From assembly GCF_009914755.1 (NCBI RefSeq), contig NC_060944.1: a stretch of DNA of 64,000 bases. One strand, 5' to 3'. This DNA is from the human T2T-CHM13v2.0 reference genome, Homo sapiens. A model generated the notes under the pieces. It was not told the DNA's origin, searched no databases, and worked only from the letters and a program-made list of their open reading frames with translations. The translations under genes were made by a program, and so were the position numbers. Shown here piece after piece: positions 54,299-64,000 of this stretch. Numbering within the stretch: the stretch's first letter is position 1; each line of letters begins with the position of its first letter.

Positions 54299-54510
54299 AT
54301 ATATATATATATATATATATGGCTATATATGTGGCTATATATTTGTGGCTATATATATATATAGATAGATAATCTAAACAGAAGAATACAGATAATGACA
54401 AGTGATGGTGAGGTATGAAGTGAATGGAACTTTCATACTTGGCTGGTGGGAATGTAAGTAGTACCACATTTTGAAAAAGAGTTTGGCAGTTTCTAATAAA
54501 GTTAAGTATA

Positions 54511-55241
54511 TGTAATTGCTCAATGGGTTCTTCCAGCCCATTACACAGACAAAATCAATTTGCTGAGACCATGCCATTGCAGTAAATAAAAAGTTTAATT
54601 AACACCAGGCCAGCCATGCAGGATAACTCAAGTTATCACTCAATCAGTCTCCTAGAAGGCTCAGAGGTTACGGTTTTTCAAGGACGGTTCGGTGGGCCAG
54701 GGTCTAAGGAATGGGTGCTGCTGCCTGGCTGGGGATAAAATCATACGGGTGTGGAAAACAGTTCTTGTGCACTGAGTCCACCTCTTTGGGGGGGGCATGG
54801 GACCATTGAGTCACAAGCCTCAAGTCTAGGTAGCATCACTAGTTATCAGAAATGCAGAAGTCTGGGGGAAAAAAATCTCAAAAGGCCAATCTTGGGTTCT
54901 ACAATAAGAATGTCATCTACAGGAGTAATTGGAGAAGTCACACTTCTTGTGACTTCTGGAACAATGGCTAGTATTGGTTAACTACACCTGCATCTTAGTA
55001 GAATTCAGCCCCTCTCAAAATCCTAAGCTTGTGGCCTTTCATTAGTTTTTACAAAGGTGTCTTAGTTTTGGGGAAGAGCTATTATCATCCTTGCTTTAAG
55101 GTTAAACTATAAACTAAATTTCTCCCAAAGTTAGCTTGGCCTATGCCAAGCAATGACCAAAGACAGCTTGGAGTTAGAAGCAAGATGGAGTCAACTCTGT
55201 TAGATTTCTCTCACTGTCATAATTTTGCAAAGGCGGTTTCA
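54511..55241 (-). mobile_element. MER50-like ERV1 solo LTR
   Basis: Reverse complement begins tgaaaccgcctttgcaaaattatgacagtgagagaaatc; TG...CA ends; flanks tata/cata. Confidence 0.85.
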
Positions 55242-55498
55242 CATATATTTACCATACAACACCATAGTCAAACTCTTAGGTTCTAACCCAAGAGAAATCA
55301 TCAAATTGTTCACGTAAAAGGGTGAGTTTTAATCTGCAAATTATACCTCAATAAACTTAACTTTAAAAGTAAACAGTCATGTGATAATCATTAATAATCA
55401 TTATTTTCTTGGTTTGTTTAGATTTAAAGTGATTAACAATTTTAATGGAAGCAGAAATTTCTGCTAATGTTATTAATCAAATTCAGCAAAGTATTTCC

Positions 55499-55940
55499 TG
55501 CGAGAAAACAAAAGAACTTTTGCCTGAGGAATGCAAGTCCTTTTAAATTGTCAGATCCAGAGAGAGTTAAATGAGACAGCAATCGCATCCTACCCAACCT
55601 TGAGCTATGTGAACATCTCCTGAAACCACTTCCTAATGACACAAGTAGCTGTAAATTAACTGAATAATGCCACACCAGACACTATTACCCGCACCCTACA
55701 TACAGCTTAACAATGTACGGCCCATCACTAATCAATGTTATTTCTGTAAACCAGTGAGAATCCCTGACAAACAACTTTGTATCAGCCACCTCCCTGTCCC
55801 TTGCTACTTTTTTTGCCTTTAAAAATCTGCTTGTAACAGGTTACTTGAGGCTGAGTCTTTCAGGTAGCTCTCCTCACCTTGACTCAAGTAAATTCTTTAA
55901 ATTATATTTTGTGTTTCAGTCTCCTCCTTTTAGCTTTACA
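55499..55940 (+). mobile_element. ERV1-class solo LTR (MER4-group, subfamily unresolved)
   Basis: 'cctgaggaatgcaagtccttttaaatt...aatcaatgttatttctgtaaacc...ctcaagtaaattctttaaattatattttgtg...ttaca'. Confidence 0.65.
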
Positions 55941-56128
55941 TAAGAACCAAAATTTGCTCTTACAAAAAAAAAAAAGGAAAAGAAAACCTCAAAAGTCATT
56001 CTCTATTTCACTGTTTTAAATTTTAATCATAAATTAAAACTGAATGGTCACACAGAATGATAGAATTAATAACTCAAGTTCTCTTCATTGCCTTTACAGA
56101 TACATTGCAATCATGTTTTATTTAGAAT

Positions 56129-56875
56129 TGAAACCACCTCTGCAAAGATTATGACAGTGACAGAAATCTAGCATGGCCAACTCCATCTTGCTTCTAGCCT
56201 CACAGGCGGGCTGTCTTCACTCATTCCTGGGTATGGGCCAAGATAACCATGAGAGGAATTTGGTTTATGGTTTAACTTGGAGGCAAGGATAAAAGTCCCT
56301 CCCCAAAACTAACTCCCTCCTGGCTCAGGGACTGAAACTACTAAAAGGCAATGAGATTAGCATTACAGGAGAGGGCTGAATTCTGCTAAGATATCAGCAT
56401 AGTTCCTATAATACCTTACTGCTCAGGAGTCATGTGGCCAGAGGTCACAAGATTTGTGATTTCCCCAATTGCTCCTATAGGTAACATTACTTATTGTAAA
56501 ACCTAAGATTGGCCTTTTGATATGCTTTTCAGATATTTGCATTCTGGCCACTAACTGATCCCATCTGAACTCATGACTCAACTGGTCCTGTGGCCCCACC
56601 CAGAGGCAGACTCAGTGCATGAGGACCATTTTCCACATCCCTATTAATTAATCCCCAGCTAGTCAGCAGTACTCATTCCCTAGTCCCCTACTTACCAAGT
56701 TATCCATAAAAACCCTAGCCTCTGAGTTCTCAGGGAGTCTGATTCAAGTGATGACTCCAGTCCTCCCTCTCAGAGGCCCTGCATCAACTAAACTCTTTCT
56801 CTACTGCAATACCATGGCCTCAGTGAATTGGTTTTGTCTGTGCTGTAGCCAGGAAGAACACATTGGGTGATTACA
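56129..56875 (+). mobile_element. MER50-like ERV1 solo LTR
   Basis: tgaaaccacctctgcaaagattatgacagt ... gggtgattaca; flanks gaat/gaac. Confidence 0.85.
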
Positions 56876-57132
56876 GAACCAACAGTGTAAACACAGGAAT
56901 GTGGAGGACCATGGGGTTTGAAGCCATCAACTGCAAAGACACACCTGAGTCAAGCTCAAATAATCCTGCATGGCTGTGGATGGACACTCAAAACAAAATC
57001 AGATGGCTAAATCTAGGTGTGCCGGGGCTGCCTCTGTAGGTGAGAGTTCGCCGATTAACTGTTCTGTAGAAAATACTTTTTTAAAAGATAATACATGTCT
57101 GTTAATTTGAAGCTTATATATAATATACAAAC

Positions 57133-57703
57133 TGACAACCAAAATGAGTGATTGCAGCATAAGTCTCAAACCACTAAGGCTTTTTGAGCCAGCTGGAGGA
57201 TGTGCCCAGGAGAAAGTCAAGTCACGGAGGCATCTGTGGCTGTTTTATCCAAAGAAGTTCTTAGAGGGGTTCTTATATAGACATTTTCCTTAAAAAGGAG
57301 GGGGACAGCAATGAGAGAAATGATTACATAATTGTGAGATTTGAGTTAATGCCAAGTAAATCTAAATTTTACATAAGATAAGGTGAACATTTGAAGAAAA
57401 AGGGAATGGAGCAAGCAGAGATCTTGGGGAGGGGTGAAGGAATGATGAGCTTAATCTCATGCTTTGTCTTTGCTCTGTACCTGGGAAGATCAGCTAGCAG
57501 TCTTTCGAAAGGCCTAATTTCTCTTTAACTCTTAGGGAAGAAAACCTAATGGCTGTTCACAAGGGAGGGGTCAGTGAGGTTATGTCTGATCTCCCATCTC
57601 ATCATGGCCGTGAATTCAGCTTCCAAGGTTCCCCTGGTGTTCCATTGGCCAAGAGGGGATCCATTCAGTCAGCTGAGGGAGCTTGGAATTTCTTTATTTC
57701 TCA
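57133..57703 (-). mobile_element. ERV1 solo LTR (LTR49/MER4-group-like)
   Basis: 'tgacaaccaaaatgagtga...ttggccaagaggggatccattcagtc...tttctca'; flanks aaac/atac. Confidence 0.7.
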
Positions 57704-58399
57704 ATACACATTATATATATATATATTCAACAATAATCAAAGCAATTGTTTAGAGCTTAGACCAACAAGAGTTTTTTTTCAGGAAGCAATATTTTATCAC
57801 TGACACTGTTTAGTATTGCCAGTGCACAGTCATAACAACAAGCAGAGAGATGTCAGTTTTATTATCGTTGTAAAATTCTCTACAGGCAAGGCCTTCTCTG
57901 CCTGCACTGGAGGTCCCTCCTTGGGGCACCTGTGTCAGTTTCACTGTGACCTAGAGCATGGGCACTGACTTTCCCCCCTGTCAAGACCCCAAGCCCCAGC
58001 TTGTTGGATGCTCCCTACTTCTGCCAAGAACCCTCCCCTCTTCCCAGCGCTGATGCCCCCATCTTTCTTTGCACCACTTGTTCAGTGAATGTAGCAAGAC
58101 CAAGTCACAGAGCCCTCAACATCCTTCTGTGGTAACCTGTCAATGAGAGATAAAACACAGACATGTCCTTTGGTTACTCCTGTAACAGATCTCTCTGATG
58201 AAAGGATTTCAGAAGCCAACAGAGCTCCAGTGGGTGGTCCGCTTATGTGGGGGTTCCTCACAGCCTCTCAGTGCCACAAACACCCATATGTGCATCCACT
58301 CTGTAAAACTGACTGGGTGGCTTTCACCTATTAGCTAAGAAGTCACAAGACAGGCAGTCAGAAAGCTGGCCTGGTCACTGTGCCCCCTGAATAAGACAC

Positions 58400-58485
58400 A
58401 GAGCCTTTGGACAAATCACATCCCATCTCTGGGTCTCAGTTTCCTCATCTGTAAAATCAGAGAACCAGACCAGGAGGTCTTTAAG
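58400..58485 (+). mobile_element. MIR fragment
   Basis: 'ttggacaaatcacatcccatctctgggtctcagtttcctcatctgtaaaat'. Confidence 0.75.
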
Positions 58486-58683
58486 ACACTTCCATGCCCC
58501 AGGGTTAAATGTCTTGCCATATCTGTTACACTGAGTTACCTAAGCCAAAACCACTAAGTGAAAATGGGGGAAATTGCCCTGTAGCTAACTTATCTGCTCA
58601 TTATCTCAAATGATTGTTTTTACTCAACTGACTGAAGGGACTTGCTGTCTGGTGTTTTTAAATCATGACAATTTTAGGCATAA

Positions 58684-59391
58684 TGAAATTACCTTCGCAA
58701 AATTTTGACAGTGAGAGAAATCTGACATAGTTGACTCCATCTTGCTTCTAACTCCAAGCTGTCCTTGGTCATTCCTTGGCATAAGCCAAGCTAAGTTTAG
58801 AAGGAATTTAGTTTATAGTTTAACTTTAAAACAAGGATGATAAGAGTCCTTCCCAAAACTAAACCACCTTTGTAAAACTAATGAAAGGCCACAGTTAGGG
58901 TTATAAGAGGGATTAAGATATAGATGTAGTTAACGAATACCAGCCATTGTTCTGAAGGTCACAAGATTTGCAACTTAACCAATTGCTGCTGCAGATGACA
59001 TCACTACTATAGAACTTAAGATTGGTCTTTTGAGATAATTTTCAGATTTTTACATTCTGGCAACTGACTGACCCCACCCAGAGGTGGACTCGACTCATGA
59101 CCCAATCAGTCCTGTGGTCCCCATCCAGACGCAGATTCCATGAAGGAGGACCATTTTCCACACCCCTATGATTGCATCCCAGCCAATCAGCAGCACCCAT
59201 TCCCTAGCCCTCCGCCCACCAAACCATCCTTGAAAACCGTGACCTCTGAGCCTTCAGAGAGACTGAGTGAAACCTTCACCTTCCATATGGCTGACCTGGC
59301 GTTCATTAAACTCTTCTTTTCTTCAATGCCCTGGTCTCAGTGAGCTTATTTGGTTTGTGCTGTGGCAGGAAGCACCTGTTGGGTGATTACA
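58684..59391 (+). mobile_element. MER50-like ERV1 solo LTR
   Basis: tgaaattaccttcgcaaaattttgacagtgagagaaatctgacatagttgactccatcttg ... gggtgattaca; flanks ataa/gtaa. Confidence 0.85.
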
Positions 59392-60553
59392 GTAACACAT
59401 GAAAGAGGAGAGCCCAGCCTTTGAAGGAGGAGATGTTTGAGATAGTTATGCTAATGGGTCAAAAATTAAAGAAAATGAGCTTAAAGGACAGGGCAGCCCT
59501 GGAGCACCATCCCCCGGCTCTCTGAGCCACCTCCTCTATATCTGCTCCCTTCCTAAATCTGGTCTTTGAACACCTGCAGGGCAAGTGCCACCCTCCGTGG
59601 CCTCCTGAGCTCTATGAAGACCTCCCCAGAGTCCATCCCTGCCTGCTGCTTGGGGCCAGACGTCCCTAAAGAGCCCACCGCCCAGCGCTCAGGGCTGTGA
59701 AGATGGTGGCCGAGGAGGGGCCATCCCATCCTGAGGAGTGGGAGTGAGTGGGTGTCATCTTCAGGCTTGTTGCAGGTAGGGGGCTGCCATTATCACACCC
59801 TCACCTTCAGACGGAGGATAAAAGACACGCTCCCACCACAAGGGGCGAGGGAGGCCCTGCAGCCCTGGGCGCTGAATCCCTTGTCCATATTCCAGGGCAC
59901 AAAGCAGGATGAGATGAGGGATGCTGCAGAGGTGCTGAGGTCCCAGGAAAGAAAGCGGAGAGGCAGACAGGGGTACCCCTCACACTTCCTTCTGTCTGGG
60001 TGCGGCCTGAACTCCACATCTCACCCTCCCAAGGACTCAGAGGGCAGAAGATACATGGTTTGTGCCCGTTTACAGCTTTTCAACCTGCTAATCCTCCATT
60101 GGGAAATATTACTTGTCCACAGAAAGTTGTCTTGCCTCTTGCGAATGTGAAAGACGAGCCATGTCAACTCTGGCACCATCATGCCACTGCAGGTCCCTGC
60201 ACTGCTCCCTCCTCCCAAGCCCTCAGGGCCCGCTAAGTGCACACACGGTGCCTGCTCCCCATGCCACGTGGTGCTGCCCACCAACCCAGCCCCGTGCCCA
60301 CATGCAGTTCCTCTATGATTGACCTACCCATTTTTGAAAACCTGATGTTTAAGAAATGTGAAATTAAAGATTTCTAACCACTTACACAATTGTCCATTCT
60401 TTCACAAATAACAAAGAGATGACCTTGCGATTTGGGTTTCCACAGTGCCCCACAAAGAGGGGGGACTTTCCCGTTCCTCCACACTCTCGTCCTGAAAGAA
60501 ATGGGCAGCCCATGGCCTTCCAACTTCCAAATCCGTCAAATGAAGGGAAGAGG

Positions 60554-61193
60554 TGTGTCCGGAATTGGTTCCTTCAGGTGGGTTCTTGATCTGGCTGACT
60601 TCAAGAATGAAGCCGCAGACCCTCGCAGTGTTACAGTTCCTAAAGATGGTGTGTCTGGAGTTTGTTCCTTCAGATGTTCAGGTGTGTCCAGAGTTTCTTC
60701 CTTCCGGTGGGTTCGTGGTCTTGCTGACTTCAGGAGTGAAGCCGCAGACCTTCGCAGTGAGTGTTATAGCTCTTAAAAGTGGAGCATCCAAAGTTGTTTG
60801 TTCCTTCCGGTGGGTTCGTGGTCTCACTGACTTAAGGAATGAAGCCACAAACCCCGGTGCAGTGAGTGTTATAGCTCATAAAGGTAGTAGGGACCCAAAG
60901 AGGCAGCAGCAGCAGCAAGATTTACTGTGAAGAGTGAAAGAACAAAGCCTCCTCAGCATGGAAGGGGACCCGAGTGGGTTACCACTGCTGGCTCGGGTGG
61001 CCTGCTTTTATTCCCTTATTTGGCTCTGCCCACATCCTGCTGACTGGTCCATTTTACAGAGTGCTGATTGGTACGTTTACAATCCTTTAGCTAGATATAG
61101 AGCGCTGATTGGTGCATTTACAATCCTTTAGCTAGATACAAAAGTTCTCCAAGTCCCTACCCTATCCAGAAGGCCAGCTGGCTTCACCTCTCA
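60554..61193 (-). mobile_element. LTR12 (ERV9) solo LTR, short form
   Basis: tgtgtccggaattgg ... cacctctca; 'gaatgaagccgcagaccctcgcagtg' repeats; perfect 4-bp TSD GAGG (60550-60553, 61194-61197). Confidence 0.95.
61003..61115 (-). promoter_or_regulatory. LTR12 U3 promoter: CCAAT (NF-Y) boxes and AATAAA-type TATA element, facing lower coordinates
   Basis: gctgattggt at about 61063 and 61104 (CCAAT on minus strand); cttttatt at about 61005. Confidence 0.6.
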
Positions 61194-61480
61194 GAGGGAC
61201 CAAAATCACGAGTTAGATTGGGTGCATGGAGGCCAGCTGGCAGTGCACCAACCACAGGACCTCTGCCTGCACACTTTCTAGGGGCTGTCAGGATGACAGG
61301 AAGGCCCTGGTGCCAGCATCCTGGTGCCCAAAGGAGAGCACTGGGAGGTCCTCAGATACCTAAAGGCGGGTTCACAGGGGTACAGACCACCCCCAAAGGA
61401 AAATCCCCAGCGTCCAGTCCCTGCACCCCTGAGGGAAGCCGCCCCCAGGTACTGTTCTAGTCAACTTTGATCAGCAGCCT

Positions 61481-61563
61481 ACAGGCGGACCCTCGCAGGA
61501 CCAACCACACGGGAGGGGCACAGGCGGACCCTTGCGGGACCCACCAGGCAGGAGGGGCACAGG
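61481..61563. repeat. Two-copy tandem duplication, period 39 bp
   Basis: acaggcggaccct...ggaggggc at 61481 and 61520. Confidence 0.9.
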
Positions 61564-61919
61564 GCTGGGAGGGAAGGCGCATCTATTGACAGCAAATCAG
61601 AGAGGCCCTGGTGGGCTAGCATCGGGCCAAAAATCACCTGATGTGAGGTCCTGCATTTGACCTCAAACATTTATTATCCAGAAATGATATAGAAGAGACT
61701 CAAATTACCAGCAGTTCCTGTGGAACTGCAGAACATTTTTAACTCCTCAGAAGCCTCCATATGAACCAACACTAACTTGGCTATTAGAACTGTTAGTGTA
61801 TGAGCTGGGGCATCTGCAGAGGCTCCAAGGAGTTCTGTGGCTGCCGCCAGTCACCTCCCTGTCTCTGCCTCCATCACCCTCACATCGCTAGTATCCACTC
61901 CGTCTTCGTCTTGCAGTTC

Positions 61920-62855
61920 ATACCTGAGCTTCAGACATGTCTCATCTACCCGCGAGGCCTTTCTGCCTGAGCATCTCACAGACACCTAAAAGTGAACACA
62001 GCACCCACTGTCCACCTGCCACAATCACGCCATAACCGTTCCTGTCAAGCCTGCAGCCCAATTCCCACGGCTCCAGGTGGCCCCAGCACCACCACAGCCA
62101 CCAGCGTAGATGCCTGAGTGTTGTCTCGAATCCATCCCCGTTCCTCTTCCTCACCCTCTGCCAACACCACTTACCATAGGGCATCCTCTGCTGACCAGTG
62201 ACTGCCTGCCTTGGCTCTGGCTACCAGCATCTCTTGCCATCAGCACCCCCTGCCTGGGCCACAGCAACAGCCTCCCATTTGGTCTCTTTTCTTCATTTCA
62301 CTTCCTCTGGTCCATTCACCGAAGAGCAAGCAGAATTATTTTTCAAAATGCAATTCCAATTGTTATCACACCTCTTCTCCACATTCCTCATCTCCTGCAG
62401 AGTAAAACCCAAACCCTGCAGCAACGCTTCTGAGGGCCCTCGTGACCCAGCTCCTGCACTCTCTCCCAACCTGCCTGCCACTCCCAGTCTATGTAGGACC
62501 CCCTCCCCCTTGCTGTACATTCGTCCCTACCACGCTGTCAGTAGGCGCTGTCAGTAGGCACTCCCATTTCAGCCCACCCCAGCTCCTTGGTAAGTCTCCA
62601 CCGCTCCTAGCAAATGTCAATTCTGTGACGAGCTCCCCACTCCAAAAGCAATCTTCTCCTCTCTGCTTGAATGTTCTCCAGTGATGGCACTCATCACACT
62701 GTATATGAATTTCTGCTTACGTGTCAGTCTCAGACACAAGACTGAGCAACTTGAGGGCAAGACCATGTCTTGTTTCTGTAACCCCAGCAACAGGCTCAGA
62801 GTCTTCAAATGCTTATACAGAAAAGTTAGTTTGTTTGTTTGTTAATGCCTAAATA
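61920..62855 (+). mobile_element. L2 LINE 3' region
   Basis: 'cctgcctgggccacagcaacagcctccc', 'gcagaattatttttcaaaatgcaattc', 'gagtaaaacccaaaccct', 'gagcaacttgagggcaagaccatgtcttg'. Confidence 0.75.
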
Positions 62856-62856
62856 A

Positions 62857-63045
62857 ATGGGTGGATAGATGGAGGGAGGTTTGGGTGGATGGAGGTTTCG
62901 GTGGAGAGAGCTAAGGGAGGGAGTTTTGGGTGGAAGCAGGTTTGCAGGGAGGGAACTGTGGGTGGGTGGGTGGATGGATGGATGGATGGATGGATGGATG
63001 GATGGATGGATGGGTGGGTGGATGGGTGGATGGATGAGTGAGTGG
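62857..63045. repeat. (TGGA)n/(TGGG)n microsatellite at the L2 tail
   Basis: tggatggatggatgg run at 62971-63030 with G-rich flanks. Confidence 0.9.
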
Positions 63046-64000
63046 GGTCTACCCTCCATTCCTTTGTATACTACATTGCCCCCTCCTGCTGCACTAGCTA
63101 AGTCTCCATCAGGCATCTTCTCCTGGTGGCTTTTACAGCAGCAGGTGCTGTCCTTCCAAAGCCAGCCCAGGGCCCACCAGTGTGCGAACATGTATATGGC
63201 AGGCATCTCTAATAAGACCCAAAAGGCAGAGGGAGCTTTGGGGCATAGCAGGGTGCTGCCTCTTGAGCTGCTTATGGGAGCTGTGACCCTAGCTGCTGGA
63301 AGGAGAAGGGGGCCTTTCCAGATGGGTGTGAGAGCCACAGATGAGTTCCTAAAGGAAGTCCTCAGGACCAGAGGAAAGTCATTGCATCACTGTCTCCAGT
63401 TGGAAATTATCCCTTGGAGGAAATGAGATAGAGGGAATGACACCCAGAAGAGGAGAGGCAAAGCAACTTCCCTGAACTTTTCATAGCCTGCAACTGCCAA
63501 GCAACCAGTGACTCTGGAAGCCATGCTGAATAATGAGTAGGGAGCAGTGACTGTTTGCAGATCCATTACATTGAAAAATGGAAGGGAATTTTATTGACTA
63601 CTAATTAAAATCTTATCCCCTTTCAGAGCATCTGGCAATACAGCAAAAGCACTCATTACGTGTACAGGACTCAAAATATATGGGCAATCAGTGTATTTTT
63701 ATCCTTTGAGAAACATTCAAAGGACTTAATGCCCAGATCTTGAGAAGGGTCCAGTGATTGGAAAACATTCTAGTGGTGTTTAAATGCCAACATCCAGAAC
63801 GCCTTTAAAGGTCTGCACTTTTGTTGGTTGTCATTTCATGCAGTGCTATTTACTTATCTCTCATGACTTAAAAGCAAGAGCTACTTGAATTCTGGTTGAA
63901 GCTTTATTACATCAGCTATCAAGAGATATTTTTATGTTAAGGCCCTTTGTTTTGTTGTCTGTTATCTTGGCAAATCAGAGAGGCAATAAGATGCCAGCAG

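Noticed and set aside
56129-59391. Two same-orientation MER50-like LTRs as ends of one provirus
   Set aside because: Each has separate TSD-like flanks, they differ visibly in sequence, and the interior holds an unrelated LTR, a MIR and unique DNA rather than ERV internal sequence
62826-63426. 170-185 aa ORFs with WMDG/HPSI repeats
   Set aside because: Driven by the (TGGA)n tract; no recognisable domain

Overview
Non-coding primate (most likely human or great-ape) genomic DNA. It carries AluJ, AluS and AluY SINEs, a disrupted L1PA7/8-type LINE (46.2-52.1 kb, minus strand), older L1M/L2/MIR fragments, many MaLR (MLT1/MST) and ERV1-class solo LTRs including an LTR12, several small DNA-transposon relics, three GC-rich minisatellites and several microsatellites. 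I found no credible protein-coding gene, RNA gene, CRISPR array or prokaryotic-type system. The long ORFs in the track come from tandem repeats or decayed L1. The window shifts from GC-rich, minisatellite/MaLR-rich DNA (about 1-42 kb) to AT-rich, L1/ERV1-dense DNA (about 43-59 kb). The most notable signals are: an isolated 46-bp direct repeat 954 bp apart; well-formed minus-strand splice-site pairs that could be lncRNA exons; a leftward-facing LTR12 promoter; a dense cluster of independent ERV1 solo LTRs; a hairpin junction at a truncated LTR8; two similarly 5'-truncated AluY inside one L1; and several two-copy duplications that look like minisatellites at birth. Repeat subfamily names are from recalled consensus sequences, not from a search, and the locus could not be identified.
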